Below are positions 1 to 14,229 of a stretch of DNA of 64,000 nt, piece by piece. This DNA is from Octopus vulgaris (taxonomy: Eukaryota), in the NCBI GenBank assembly GCA_951406725.2, contig OX597817.1:170686001-170750000 (forward strand), written 5' to 3'. Under the pieces are notes generated by a model. It saw nothing but the letters and a program-made list of their open reading frames with translations, did not search any database and was not told the origin of the DNA. Each line of letters begins with the position of its first letter. Position 1 is the stretch's first letter. The translations under genes and the position numbers were made by a program.

Positions 1-45
<45 letters not shown>

Positions 46-874
46 ATAGGTTATACGTTTATAATTTGATTCTTAATCTTTAATTTTTGAGTCGATATAT
101 TTATTGATAGAGTAAACTTTAGATTTTTAATTACTATATTTGTTGATAATAATTTAGTTATTATTTTTAAATATTTTATAATTGTTATATGTGAACTTAA
201 ATCTAAAAATATGTATAGTGATTATTTTGTTAAATAATTTGGTAATTAGATATTGGACTATAACTGAGTTAATGATATTCCTGAGTTTATTATGTTTTTT
301 TAAAGCCATATTATATCTTAATAGATAAATACATATTTCTATCTATTTTTTTACCTTAAAAATAAATATTTAACATAATATATAGGTTGCATGACATAAT
401 CCTAATGTTTTAAGTTTCTAATTTAGATAATAAAGTTTTTTTTATAAGAAAAATTATTATTTTATTTATTTCTTCAAAAATATTGTTTAACTCTATTTGC
501 TTATTTATTTAACTATTATCATTAACCTAAAGATTGACTATAATTTTAATTCGAATTTTCAATTGAATTTAAACTTAATTGTAATTCGAATTTAATTATA
601 GCCATGAAATGTACGTAGTGTTTTTACTTATTATATTATATTTATCTTTTTTTATACTTTTTGGTTAATAAAAATTTTTTTTTTAATTTAAAAATTTAAA
701 AAATATAAAAATTCAAAAATATAAAAATCAAAAAGTTAAAAAATTTCTAAATTTAAATTTTAAATTTTATATATATATTATATATTATATTAATTATATT
801 TATATTTTTTGTTATTTATGTATTGGTTTATGTCTATCACTGCTTGACTTGCCTAATAGTGGTTTTATCTTTAA

Positions 875-926
<52 letters not shown>

Positions 927-947
927 TATATATATATATACGAATAT

Positions 948-1245
948 AAAAAACCCACCTTTTATCAATTCAAAATGAACAATTAAATTACACCATCGAG
1001 AAAATTATACGTTTTATTATTATTTTTGCAATTTACTTATTCTTTACATTTTATTGTTATTGTAATTTTAACTTTTCTATTATGTGTAATTTTCTAGATG
1101 GTGTAATTTAATTGTTTATTTTGAATTGATAAAAGGTGGAGTTTTTTTCTAATTTTTTATATATATATTATATTGTGTGAAATTTGATTTAGTATTTCTA
1201 AATTGAATTTTTTTCCTTGTAAGTTTGGATTTTATTCCCTCAGAT
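948..1245. mobile_element. AT-rich fold-back element in (TA)n, probable Penelope-like pLTR relic
   Basis: Inverted arms ~948-1007 / ~1087-1147. Near-identical to 52127-52545, and shares the terminal motif ttccttgtaagtttggattttattccct with 37852-37885 (reverse). Confidence 0.6.
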
Positions 1246-1339
1246 AATAATAATAGTATATATATATATATATATATACAGAAATGGTAAATGGTTTACA
1301 GCACGAAAGAAATCACTGTAAACTTGCCAAAATAATATT

Positions 1340-1635
1340 TGGGATGCCTTTATCTCTACTAAGTATAGATGCAGATGTGTTACCTAAGATTAATTTTGAG
1401 GATCTGACCAAAGACTTTGCAATTCAAAAAATAGGAGGAAACTTTTCAAATATAAATAAAATGGTAGTATATAAAAATATACATTATTTTCCCTCTTACT
1501 GTTTTGTTTCGTTTTGGAAAATAAAAATTTATTTTATGGTTTGTTATTGTTTATATTTTGAATTACACAATCTTTTATGGGGGCACGAAAATCTTTTAAG
1601 TGCTTAGGGCCTCAATGGGTCTTAATCCTGCCCTG
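1340..1635 (+). mobile_element. hAT transposon 3' fragment
   Basis: LSLLSIDADVLPKINFEDLTKDFAIQK resembles the end of the hAT C-terminal dimerisation domain. The fragment ends in a hAT-type terminus taatcctgccctg. Confidence 0.65.
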
Positions 1636-2076
1636 GGTATGGGTCTGATGAATTAAGGACTGTATTATGCTCCAGTATCTGCTCTGGCATGGTTTCTCTG
1701 GTTGGATGCCCTTCCTGATGCCAACCACTTTACCCTGTGTACAGGATGTGTCCTTATGCTAGATAGTGGCTAAGGTGTGAGAAAAAGGTTTAGAGTAGAG
1801 CCCGTTCTTGTAGAGGGGATATATGGCTACTCACATTTATGGGAGGAAGTAAGAATGAATCAGTAGTATCTTCAAAGTGATAAACAGTAATGACAATGCT
1901 TCCAGGTGGCTCCCTCAAAGCACAAGGAGAGTAGTAGAGAGTTGGGGACAGAGAAGCAAGGAATATGTCTGGATGGGGATTTGCAAGAGTGTATGGATGG
2001 GACAAGAGAGAGATGATGTGTTTTGAATGGGCTGCAAGAGAGGAGAAGAGAAAGAAAAATAAATTGATAGATAGAT

Positions 2077-2121
<45 letters not shown>

Positions 2122-2123
2122 GT

Positions 2124-2158
<35 letters not shown>

Positions 2159-2578
2159 CATACATACATAGATACATACATACATACATACATACATACA
2201 TACATAGAAAGACAGAGCCAAGGGAGGCGGGATGAGATGACCCCTGTAACATGTGGTTGTAGAGATCAATATGATGTATGAAGAATGGGTAACAAGGAAA
2301 ATGGCTCTGGATAGCAAAAATGAAAAGTGATATTAAGAGAGGGGAAGTACTGTGGTGGAAGAAATCTAGTGGGAGAGGGTAGTGTGAGGCAGAGATTGGT
2401 CGAGTGAGATGTCCATTTGTACATATATATATATATATATCACGTGATCACGTGACTGACCAGACCATCAGATGTTGCTACACATCGCTGGTCACAATGC
2501 GTTCGCATTGTTTTAGCCTTCAAATGATGCCACCCCACTGGCTAAGCGAACAGGTCAGTATATATATATATATATATA

Positions 2579-2986
2579 TGGCTGTGTGGTAAGTAGTTTG
2601 CTAACCAGCCACATGGTTCCGGGTTCAGTCCCACTACGTGGCATCTTGGGCATGTGTCTTCTGCTATAGCCCCGGGCCGACCAATACCTTGTGAGTGGAT
2701 TTGGTAGACGGAAACTGAAAGAAGCCTGTCGTATATATGTATATATATATATAAGTGTGTGTGTATATGTTTGTGTGTCTGTGTTTGTCCCCCTAGCATT
2801 GCTTGACAACCGATGCTGGTGTGTTTACGTCCCCGTCACTTAGCGGTTCGGCAAAAGAGACCGATAGAACAAGTACTGGGCTTACAAAGAATAAGTCCCG
2901 GGGTCGATTTGCTCGACTAAAGGCAGTGCTCCAGCATGGCCGCAGTCAAATGACTGAAACAAGTAAAAGAGTAAAAGAGTAAAAGA

Positions 2987-2988
<2 letters not shown>
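2579..2988 (+). mobile_element. tRNA-derived SINE, family A (internal TA/TG microsatellite, (GTAAAAGA)n tail)
   Basis: A-box tggctgtgtgg, B-box ggttcagtccc, CORE-like cttgggcaagtgtc. At least 9 near-full copies in the window. Confidence 0.9.
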
Positions 2989-3032
<44 letters not shown>

Positions 3033-3481
3033 CATGCAAAGGGCTTAGCAGAAGTGTTAATGCCACCCCCCTGATGAAAAGGATTGCCCTGCAAGATCTT
3101 TGTGCTGGTACCACGCTAAAAGCAACCAGCATACACTATAAAGTGGTTGGTGTTAAGAAGGGCATCTAGCTGTAGAAACCAAGTCAAACCAGGATGGAAC
3201 CTGATGCAGCTCTGCTGCTTGGCAGCTCTGGTCAAACTATCCAACCCATGCCACCATGGAAAATGAACGTTAAAGGATGCTGCTGCTGCTGTTGATGAGG
3301 ATGATGATGATCATGATGATATATATAATGTCTATATTAAAGAATATGACACATAATGATATTGAAACTGGTGGGTTTTCTCTGTTGCTATGTAGGCCAG
3401 ATTATGAAGGACTGTGCCATGAGGTGAGATACTGCGAGACTCATCCAACCCATGCCAGCATGAAAAAGTGGACATGAAGTA

Positions 3482-3950
<469 letters not shown>

Positions 3951-4419
3951 TTTATGTGTGTGTGTGTATATGTGTGTATGTGTTGACCAGTGTTCATGCA
4001 TGAGTGGTGTATATGTGTATCCAGCATTCATTAGATAAATGGGTACACAGATATACAGATATGTAGATAGACATGCAGATAGATTAATGGCTGTAGATAC
4101 AGAATGCATATACTTTTTAAAGTAAACGTGATTATCAAATTAAAAGTATCTACAAGTTTTTTGTTTTGGCTGACTTTTTCCAAAATATTTTACTTGAAAG
4201 AAAAAATATGTAAAGATTTTTTGTCTTCTGATTTGCAGAATGGAAACTGGAAAAAGAAATAGATGACACAGGGTAAAAAATATTTCTGAGAAGAAATAAG
4301 CTGTAAGAGTAAAAGAAACTGAAATATAAGAATCTATAATATTTTGACTGTTTTTTTTTTTTTTTTTTTTGTTTAATTTTATTTTTTTGGTTTTAGAAGC
4401 ATGACAGAAGAGAAAAGAA

Positions 4420-6410
4420 TGATACATACAGAGAAATGGAGAAGAAGACTAATGGGTTAAGAACAGTGAAAAAGGAGAATAGTAAAGAAAGAAAGAAAGA
4501 GAAAGGCTGAAGAACAAGATAAAGAATTGAATAAAAAATAAAAATGAAGTAAAAAAAATAGTAAAAGATTAGATATGTTAAGATGGTGTGACAAGAAACA
4601 AGAAATGAAATGAAGGGAATGATGGAGAATGGTCAGATGAGGGAAGAATAGGGGGGAGGAATATATTGAAGAATAAAGAAGGAGAAATTAAAAATATATG
4701 TTGGAGAAATGAAGAGAACTGAAGGCTGAATGAAAGTGAAAGTAGGAGAGATGAAGAATAATATGAGAGAGTGATGAAAGAAAACTGATGGTGAGATAGA
4801 GAGAAGAAATAAAAAAAAGAATGATAGAAAGAAGGTGGAGAAAGAAAGGAACAATGAAGAGGTAAAGGAGAAGTGGAAAAAGAATGAAGGAGGAATATAG
4901 AAGAAAAAGAAGATTAGTGAAAAAGTGAAGGAAAATGAAGAAGAAATTAAAAAGAAATGAAATAGAATTAAATTGAAGGGATACAAATGAGGGAGGTGCA
5001 GGAAATGAAAGAGAGACAAAAGGGAAATGAAGAAGGTAAGTAAATTAATGAAAAAGGGAAGGAGAATGAAAGAGAATTAAACAGAAATGGAAGAAAAATT
5101 AAATTGAAGAGATATGAATGAAAATGATGAAAGAAATGAAGAATAAATGAAACAAGGATATAAAATAAAAAAGTGTTATAAAGAAGTGAAGAAGAATGAA
5201 GAAGATTTAAAGAAAGAGGAGTGGAAGATGAATTAAAGATGAATGAGGGCGATGTCATTGGAGAAACTATGAAGAAAAGATAAAGAACAAATGAAGGAAA
5301 AAGAGAGGAATAATAAAGAAAAAATTGAAAGAGATATAAAGTTGATATGGAAGAGAAATGAAAATGGTATGAAGGATAGAGAAAAAGTGAATGAGAAATG
5401 ATAGAAGAATGAAAGAGAAATAAAGAAGAGATGAAAAATTAATGAAGAAGTGAAGGAAAAAGATTGAGAAATTAAAAAGATGTAAATGAGAAAGATGAAG
5501 GAAATAAAAGCAAGATGAGCACGAAAAGAAGAAAGGAAAATGAAATTGAAGCAAGATGAAGAAGAAATGAAAAAGAAATCAAGGTGAGATGAAGAAGAAA
5601 TGAAAAAGAAAGAAGAAATTAAGGCAAGAAGAAAGAAAGAAATCAAGATGAGATGAGAAAGAAATTAAGGTGAGATGAAGAAGAAATGAAGAAAGAAAGA
5701 AGAAATGAAAGTAAGATGAAAAAGAAAACAAAAGAATCGAAATGAGATGAAGAAAAAATGAAGAAGAAAGAAAGAATAACTTAAAGCAAGATGAAGAAAA
5801 GAACAGAAATGAAGTAAAAAGAAGAAATTAAGGTAAGGTGAAAAAGAAAAGAAGAAAAAAATCAACAAAGAAAAAGTGAAGAAGAAAGGAGGGAGAAAGA
5901 CAAAGAAGAAAAGAAAAAATCAAGACGAGATGAAGAAAGAAAGAAGATAAGGCAAGATGAAGAAGAAAAGAAGAAATCAAGGTGAGATGAAGAAAGAAAG
6001 AAGATAAGGCAAGATGAAGAAGAAAAGAAGAAATCAAGGTGAGATGAAGAAGAAATGAAGAAAGAAAGAAAGAAAGAAGAAATTAAGGCGAGATGAAGAA
6101 GAAAAGAAAAAATCAAGATGAGATGAAGAAGAAATGAAGAAAGAAAGAAAGAAAGAAAGAAAGAAGAAATTAAGGCGAGATGAAGAAGAAAAGAAAAGAA
6201 ATTAAGGCAAGATGAAGGAGAATAGAAGAAGAAATTAAGGCAAGTTAAAAGAGGAAGGAAGAAAAAGTATTAAAAATCGACAACTAAAAGAACTGCTGCA
6301 ATAAAAGAGAGAGAAATAAAAGAGAAGGAAGGAGAGGAAAAAAGAAAGAAATGAGAAGATCAGGCAGGAATAAAACAAAGACAATAAGAAATATACTACA
6401 AGATGAAATG
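4420..6410. repeat. ~2 kb polypurine (GA/GAA-rich) low-complexity tract with degenerate higher-order units at 5500-6240
   Basis: The plus strand is dominated by A and G. Modules aagaaatcaaggtgagatgaagaag and aagaaattaaggcaagatgaagaag recur. Confidence 0.9.
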
Positions 6411-6705
6411 AAAACACATTTCTTTCAAAGTCTGTGGAATCGCTCACTAGATCAATAAATGGCAATCGGCAATGGGATGTCATCATATTCAAGAGTGGTG
6501 AAGAGAAAGACGGAAAGGGGACAGTGATGTTCTGGGTTCAATCCCACCCCACCATCACACTACACCCAATCTCCTTTGTCTAATAAAATGGTAACGGCGT
6601 TCAATAAATGAATCATGTAAAAATTTCTACTAAATTAGATTGTTGTTCTAAATAGAATGGCAGACGCACACATGAAAATTGATATACATATTATACACAA
6701 GCATG

Positions 6706-6757
<52 letters not shown>

Positions 6758-7152
6758 CATATATATATATATACATATAAATATATATATACACATATAC
6801 ACACATACTCACACACATATTTTCTATTAATATTCGGTCGAAGTAACGAAGTAAATCAAGGGCCAAGATTTTCTTGTGTTAGTCCTGAGTCACTCTGTTA
6901 TTTCTACCAAATATGAATAATGTGTATATATATATATATATATATATTATAGATATAGGGTAAAAAATTATTAATTTATAATTAATAAATTTCACCAAGT
7001 AGTTTCGGTATTGAAAGGAACCATATTCGGTAAAAACTTATACAAGAAGTTTTATATATAATTATAACAATAATTAAGGGTTAAGCAACAAGTTGCTTGT
7101 TGCTAAACCCTTAATTATTGTATTTATATGTATATCTATCTATCTATCTATA

Positions 7153-7189
<37 letters not shown>

Positions 7190-7534
7190 GTACTGGGAGG
7201 ATAAGAAACAGAAGGAAGCGACGAATCGAATGCCTTCGAAACACGCTTGAGTCTAACTAGCGACAGCTGATTGGGGATTTTTCCTAGTGTAGTATGTCCT
7301 GTACTCTGTTTTTCTGTTGTAAAATAATTGTTTTTCCCGTTTTCATTTCTCTTCCAGTTCCACGTTTCTGTTTTTTCTGTTGTAAAAAAATGGCTTTTCC
7401 GTTTTCGTTTCTCGTTGAGTTCTACGTCTAGTTGTGGTGTCCTATACTCACGTATATATATTTATATATGCCTGTATATATACATGTAGGTACGTACATA
7501 TATGTTTGTATGTATGCATATATTTTATTTATTA

Positions 7535-7568
<34 letters not shown>

Positions 7569-8114
7569 TTATGGTTTGAGTTTTATTTTTCCTGTTCGCA
7601 TCACCAAACATGTATATGTAGGGATATTCTGTATTGAGTGACTCAAGGGCCTACAGTTTCATACATTATGTGCTAATGCATAAAACTCCTGACCCTGAGC
7701 ACATTATCTGGATAGTCAATTTTCGTTTTTAACCAAATAAGCACATGCACTATATATTTGTTCTTCGTCCATTTATTGCCGCTCATATTCTAACTCTTGT
7801 CCAGAAATCTTTCGTCACCTTGTCAGAGACCTTGTTAGAGACACTTTCCATCTTCATGTGTGCTCTTGCTCTGCTTATTCCATTTTGTTTTTCTATAATG
7901 TGTGTCCTTATATACACATAGGTCTATGTTTGTGTGTGCGTGTGTAAGTGTGTGTGTGTGTGTGTGTGTGCCATTATTCTTAGTAGCACTATGACCCACC
8001 CCTTAGACCCATCCCCTACCTTGTTGCTGCTGCTGCCTTTGAACCTGACTTTTTGTACCATTCTTGTGACTCTCTGTGTTTGTGTGTTCATCCACACTGC
8101 TACCATCATAGTTG

Positions 8115-8533
8115 GGCGGGGAGCTGGCAGAATCGTTAGCATGCCTGGCGAAATGCTTAGCGGTATTTCGTCTGCCGTTACGTTCTGAGTTCAAATTCTG
8201 CTGAGGTCGACTTTGCTTTTCATCCTTTCGGGGTCGATAAATTAAGTACCAGTTACGCACTGGGGTCGATGTAATCGACTTAATCCGTTTGTCTATCCTT
8301 GTTTGTCCCCTCTGTGTTTAGCCCCTTGTGGGTAGTACAGAAATAGGTATTTTGTCTGCCGTTACGTTTTGAGTTCAAATTCTGCTGAGGTCGACTTTGC
8401 CTTTCATCCTTTCAGGGTTGATAAATTAAGTACCAGTTATGCACTGGGGTCGATGTAATCGACTTAATCCGTTTGTCTGTCCTTGTTTGTCCCCTCTGTG
8501 TTTAGCCCCTTGTGGGTAGTACAGAAATAGGTA
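8115..8533 (+). mobile_element. tRNA-derived SINE, family B (Deu/Nin-like body), with tandemly duplicated 184-bp 3' unit
   Basis: Head ggcggggagctggcagaatcgttagc, body gcctttcatcctttcggggtcgataaattaagtacc. Units start at 8162 and 8346. Confidence 0.88.
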
Positions 8534-8691
8534 GCTGTTGTTGTTGTTGTTGTTGCTGCCATTGATGTTAGTCATGTTGTTGATATTGTTGCGGCTGTCT
8601 GTGAAGATAATGTATGTGTGTTTGTGTGTGTATATAGGTTTACTTCCTATGTTGTTTGTATCCATGCTGTTTGTACAGTCTTTTTTCTATA

Positions 8692-9108
8692 CTCTCTCTA
8701 CTCTTTTACACTTTTACATGTTTCAGTCATTTGACTGTGGCCATGCTGGAGCACCGCCTTTAGTTGAGAAAATCGACCCCGGGACTTATTCTTTGTAAGC
8801 CCAGTACTTATTCTATCAGTCTCTTTTGCCGAACCGCTAAGTTACGGGGACGTAAACACACCAGCATCGGTTGTCAAGCAATGCTAGGGGGACAAACACA
8901 GACACACAAACACATACACATATATATATATATATACTTATATACGATGGGCTTCTTTCAGTTTCCGTCTACCAAATCCACTCACAAGGCATTAGTTGGC
9001 CTGAAGCTATAGCAGAAGACACTTGCCCAAGATGCCACGCAGTGGGACTGAACCCGGAACCATGTGGTTGGTTAGCAAGCTACTTACCACACAGCCACTC
9101 CTGTGCCC
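8692..9108 (-). mobile_element. SINE family A
   Basis: Reverse complement of 2579-2988 and 62590-63003. Confidence 0.9.
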
Positions 9109-9390
9109 ATATGTCTCTAATTTTTTTATATGTATCAGAGTTATGTCTATTGTATGTGGATTACACTGTTTGTATCAGTTTTTTTTCTCCCTTCAGTCTT
9201 TAGTTGTCATGTTGTATAGTGTAGTGGTGGATGTTATTGCTCTATTTGTGTTTCCTTTTGAGGCTCGGTCTGTCTATTGTTATGTATGCAGCCTTTTATG
9301 GACTACTTCCTGCACTTCTTCACCCTAGCAAACTGATAACGTTTTAAAGGATGTTTGGGCAGTCCAAAGAGGCAATAGTTGGAAGGAAGG

Positions 9391-9760
9391 AGGCGCAATG
9401 GCCCAGTGGTTAGGGCAGCGGACTCGCGGTTTCGATTCCCAGACCAGGCGTTGTGAGTGTTTATTGAGCGAAAACACCTAAAAAGCTCCACGAGGCTCCA
9501 GCAGGGGATGGTGGTGATCCCTGCTGTACTCTTTCACCACAACTTTCTCTCACTCTTACTTCCTGTTTCTGTTGTACCTGTATTTCAAAGGGCCGGCCTT
9601 GTCACTCTCTGTGTCACGCTGAATATCCCCGAGAACTACGTTAAGGGTGCACGTGTCTGTGGAGTGCTCAGCCACTTACACGCTAATTTCACGAGCAGGC
9701 TGTTCCGTTGATTCGGATCAACCGGAACCCTCGTCGTCGTAACCGATGGAGTGCTTCCAT
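9391..9760 (+). mobile_element. tRNA-derived SINE, family D
   Basis: A-box tggcccagtgg, B-box gtttcgattccc. The 3' half is shared with 20898-21220 (ggagtgctcagccactt...gcaggctgttccgttgat). Confidence 0.8.
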
Positions 9761-10862
9761 CCATAGTTGGAAGGAACAAGATCTGAACTATTCAGGGTGT
9801 CTCAGCAACTCAAAACCCATTTTTCAATGGTTTCAATGGTGTTGGTGGCCATACATGAGCATCCATTGTTGTGCATCAATAACACTTATTTTGACAATAG
9901 ACTTTAGTGTTTGATACAAATTGCTGGTTTCAATTTGTTGGTCAGCATGTTGCTCATCTGACCATTTTTAAACTTCTTGATTCACTCATAAATACTTCTA
10001 CAGAGTAGAGCGCTGTCCCTATATTTTACTGAAAGCTTGTGATGAATTTCAGCCCCTGAGACACCTTCAGACCAGGAAAATCAGACCACCGATCTCTGTT
10101 TTTTCCTTGATGCACACTGTCAGCAGAGTGGCCAGGTTTACTCTGCAACACAAGAAGGAAAACTGGAACAATTAAAGTCAAACCTTAGTTATATGACCAC
10201 AAGTGTACCTCCTTTTAGCATGCAAGTATGGAAGGCAGTGTGGCCAATATAAAAATAGTTTAGGTGAAGGTGCAGATCTTTTACTTCCCCTAGCATATAT
10301 GTGTATGTGTGTGTGTGTGTGTGTGTGTGGAGAGAGAGCAGGGTGAGAGAAAAAAAGAGAAAAAGAGAATTTTTGTGTTTCATTAAATTTCACTATTTTG
10401 TTTTATTTTATTTCAATTAATTATTTCACAGCAACAAATCACTCAACTTTTCCCCATTAATCTTTTTAGGCAAAATTATAATTAACCAGATAAGCAGATA
10501 AGTCCAATTAGACAAATTTATAAATGATCAGATAAGTATATTCAGACAAATTCATTATCTTAAGAACTAAACATTCTTCAGCTTTTGTTATGAATCTCTT
10601 CAAAAACTGTAAACAATTAGTCAAGTTTAACTAGAAAAATTTATTGCCTTAACAAATTAAATTTCATCCTAAATCATTTATTTTCTTTTTCTCTCAAGAA
10701 CAACATTCCCTTCAATGGATGCCAACAGAGTGACAGAACCATCATTATAAAGGGAGAAATCTTGAAAAATCAAGATGCAAGAAAAAATAATACGAAATTG
10801 GCAAATTGAAGACCATTTGTTTATATTGATGTAGAAATTGGTTTAGGTGATCCACCTAGCAA

Positions 10863-11027
10863 TCAAAGTACAGGGGCAATAGAGAGCCATCGGTCTCTAA
10901 TAGCAACAAATTCATTACTTCGTATGTCTGTTGGACAACTTAATGCAGTATGAATATGAGGCAAGTACAGATACAATCCAGTTTGAACTTCCAGAAAGCT
11001 GACGGGAAATGAGTTCAAGAAAGGGTC
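10863..11027 (-). CDS. Putative terminal coding exon of an unidentified host gene (DPFLNSFPVSFLEVQTGLYLYLPHIHTALSCPTDIRSNEFVAIRDRWLSIAPVL*)
   Basis: Minus-strand acceptor ttctgtctatctatctcatAG at 11029-11028, then 54 open phase-0 codons of non-repetitive protein-like sequence ending in TGA (10865-10863). Unique AT-rich 3'UTR-like sequence follows, with AATAAA near 10680 and 10405. No upstream exons were identified in the window. Confidence 0.6.
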   Translation of the reverse strand, partial: DPFLNSFPVSFLEVQTGLYLYLPHIHTALSCPTDIRSNEFVAIRDRWLSIAPVL

Positions 11028-11059
11028 CTATGAGATAGATAGACAGAATTAACTGAAAA

Positions 11060-11240
11060 GAATATGGGATGGAGAGTCACTGAAGAGGTCACAGGAGGTG
11101 TGATGAAAGATTTCCCGACAAAGGACATAAAATAAGAACAATAATAAATCTGAAGTGAAGAATGAATATATAGTGTGTGTGTTTATTTGGCAATAAAAAA
11201 TGACCATCCCAAAATATAGCAATATCTGTTTCATCACATG
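11060..11240 (+). mobile_element. Penelope-like 3'-end relic with degenerate hammerhead (11076-11119)
   Basis: gtca-CTGAAGA-GGTCACA ggagg TGTGAT-GAAA-gattt..cgac. A diverged second copy lies on the minus strand at ~7700-7855. Confidence 0.5.
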
Positions 11241-11319
11241 ATTTCACATCAGGAATCTTACAAAACAAATACATAAATGCACACACACACACACACATGT
11301 CAAGCTTCTTTCAGTTTCT

Positions 11320-11731
11320 TATTTCTTTACTGCCCACAAGGGGCTACACACAGAGGGGACAAACAAGGAAAGGCAAATGGATTCAGTCGATTATATCGAC
11401 CCCAGTACGTAACTGGTACTTATTTAATTGACTCCAAAAGGATGAAAGGCAAAGTCGACCTCAGCAAAATTTGAACTCCGAATGTGGCAGCAGACGAAAT
11501 ACCTATTTCTTTACTACCCACAAGGGGCTAAACATAGAGTGGACAAACAAGGACAGACAAAGGGATTAAGTCGATTGCATGGACCCCAGTGTATAACTGG
11601 TACTTAATTTATTGACCCCGAAAGGATGAAAGGCAAAGTCGACCTCGGCACAATTTGAACTCAGAATGTAGCCGCTGACGAAATACCACTAAGCATTTTG
11701 CCCAGCGTGCTAACATTTCTGCCAGCTCACC
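11320..11731 (-). mobile_element. SINE family B with duplicated 3' unit
   Basis: Reverse complement of 8115-8533 with the same dimer architecture. Confidence 0.85.
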
Positions 11732-12349
11732 ATCTTCTTTCAGTTTCTGTCATCCAAATCCACTCACAAGGCTTCGATCAGCCTGAGGCTATAGTAAAAG
11801 ACACTTGCCCAAGGTTCCACACAGTGGGACTGAACCCAGAACCATGTAGTTGGCAAGCAAACTTCTTACCACACAGCCACACACACACACAAACACACAC
11901 ACACACAGACACACATTTATGCTTCCATCTCCCAAGACAGTATTCAGCTCCATACAATACACTAAATATAACTCTCCACTGCAATAGTCTCCTACAGCTT
12001 CCTCTCCAAACTCTTTCCTCCTTAAGGTGAAACTGATAGAAGAATTTAATATCTCACTATAATGAAACCTTCTTTTTCTTGTCTTTCATCTCTCTCTCTA
12101 TATAACTTCCTAAACATATATCTATGCAAACTTCTAAATGAAGAAATTAATGGTCCTTATATCATCAAGACAATGGCTATTTGTACACCGGTTGAGCAAT
12201 ATGTTTCTCTCTTATCTTAATATACTACTATCTATTATTGCATCTCCAATTATATAAATTTTTTTTTTATCGGCAATAATAATTTCTTAGTCTCTAACAT
12301 TAAAATATTTAAATATATCTTTAAATACAGTTTTAATCAGCTACAACGT

Positions 12350-12376
12350 TCATCCCTCATCATCGTTGTTGCCATT

Positions 12377-12437
<61 letters not shown>

Positions 12438-12781
12438 CTACTACCACCACCAAAACCACCATTCCATAACCATGACCACCTTCATCATAATCATTATCAT
12501 GATAACAATCATCATCATCATCATCACTACCACCACCACCAAAACCACCAAAACCACCACCACCACCAACACCATTCCATAACTATGACCACCATCATCA
12601 TAATCATTATCATGATAACAATCATCATCATCATCATCACTACCACCACCACCAAAACCACCACCACCACCACCACCAACACCACCATTCCATAACCATG
12701 ACCACCATCATCATAATCATTATCATGATGACAATCATCTTCATCATCATCATCCTCATCATCATCATCATCATCATCACC

Positions 12782-12813
<32 letters not shown>

Positions 12814-12830
12814 CATCATCATCATTGCCG
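12350..12830. repeat. (CAT)n/(CAC)n compound microsatellite with internal block duplications
   Basis: Direct reading. Confidence 0.93.
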
Positions 12831-13591
12831 CTACCACTTACATTTTTATCAAGATTAATTATTATGATTTTCATCATTACCAATATTAATGCTATCAGCA
12901 ACATTATTACTATGAGTTTTACTAATATAACTACTATCCACAATTTTGTTTATGATCAATATCTTAATTCTGATTAAAATTAACTTTAAGATCAATAATT
13001 TTCCTGTTTTTACCAGCAATAGTATTATGACTGATATAAATACCATACTATTTGTCCTGGCAAAACCATTAAACTGCATCCAGTGGTGAGACTCCAGTGG
13101 TGAGATTTGGAGTTCAGGAGGTTTGAGGGGCATGGAATCATCACTACTTCCAGGTTCACACTGGCCCTGTAGGGTAGCATCTGACAAAGGCTCCAGTTAC
13201 AAGTCACATAGTAGAAGATGGTTCTGTGACTGAACCATGCAAGACTTGGAAGACAGCTGGCCTTTGGTCGTGTATCAGACAGGGTTACCTGTGTACAGAT
13301 ATGCTGGATGTCACATGCCTATAGAGTAAGCTCAGTTTTGAGAACTTGGTATTCCAGTTGAAGAGTTTGTGAACCAGCAGAAAATAAACCTGTTGCCTTT
13401 TCCCCTTCATAAACATGAACTAGTCCACATTTAATGCAGTGGACTTATCCATATGCAATCAATGGGCAACTTTCTGAGGACTTATTAAATTGAACATATA
13501 AAAAAAGATTTTTTTGGCTTCTCTTTGAGGGAGGTCTGACTCTTACTTGTCTTATCACTGTGTATATTTTTTATAGTGTTAGTATTTTTCA

Positions 13592-13895
13592 AGGCTCAGT
13601 GGCATTGGGCTCACAGTCATGAAGTAGTAAGTTCAATCCCTGTACTGGGCTGTGTTGTGTTGTTGAGCAAGACACTTTATTTTCATGTTGCTGTTGAAAT
13701 GAGTTGCAGCTTCACTGGTGCCATGCTGTATTGGCCTTTGCCTTTCCCTTGGGTAACATCAGTGGCATGGAGAAGGTGGGGCTAATATGCACAAGCAACT
13801 GCTGTCTTCCATAAACAACCTTGTCTGGACTTGTGCCTCAGAGGAAAACTTTCTTGGTGCAATCCCATGGTTATTCATGGCTGAAGGGGGTCTTT
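13592..13895 (+). mobile_element. tRNA-derived SINE, family E
   Basis: Head plus ttgagcaagacactttattt; homologous to the reverse of 61048-61405. Confidence 0.7.
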
Positions 13896-14229
13896 ATACT
13901 TTATTTTTCACGTGACTAAGTTTTGTTCTCACTACTGTTTAAGAGTCCATATAAAATTTTGGGGGTTCCATACAAGCAAAATAGTAAAATGAGAACCCAC
14001 TGTAGTTTATTAAGGGTCCATGAAATAGTCCTGGGGTCGATTTCTTCGACTAAAGGCAGTGCTCCAGCATGGCTGCAGTCAAATGACTGAAACAAGTAAA
14101 AGAGTAAAGAGTAAAGAGTAAAGAACTTTCATTAAAATTAATTGTTAAACAATGAATGGTTATAGGTGTCCACCAGAGTAAAATAGTAACCAAAGGAGTC
14201 CATAGGTAAAAAATAGTTGAGAAACACCA

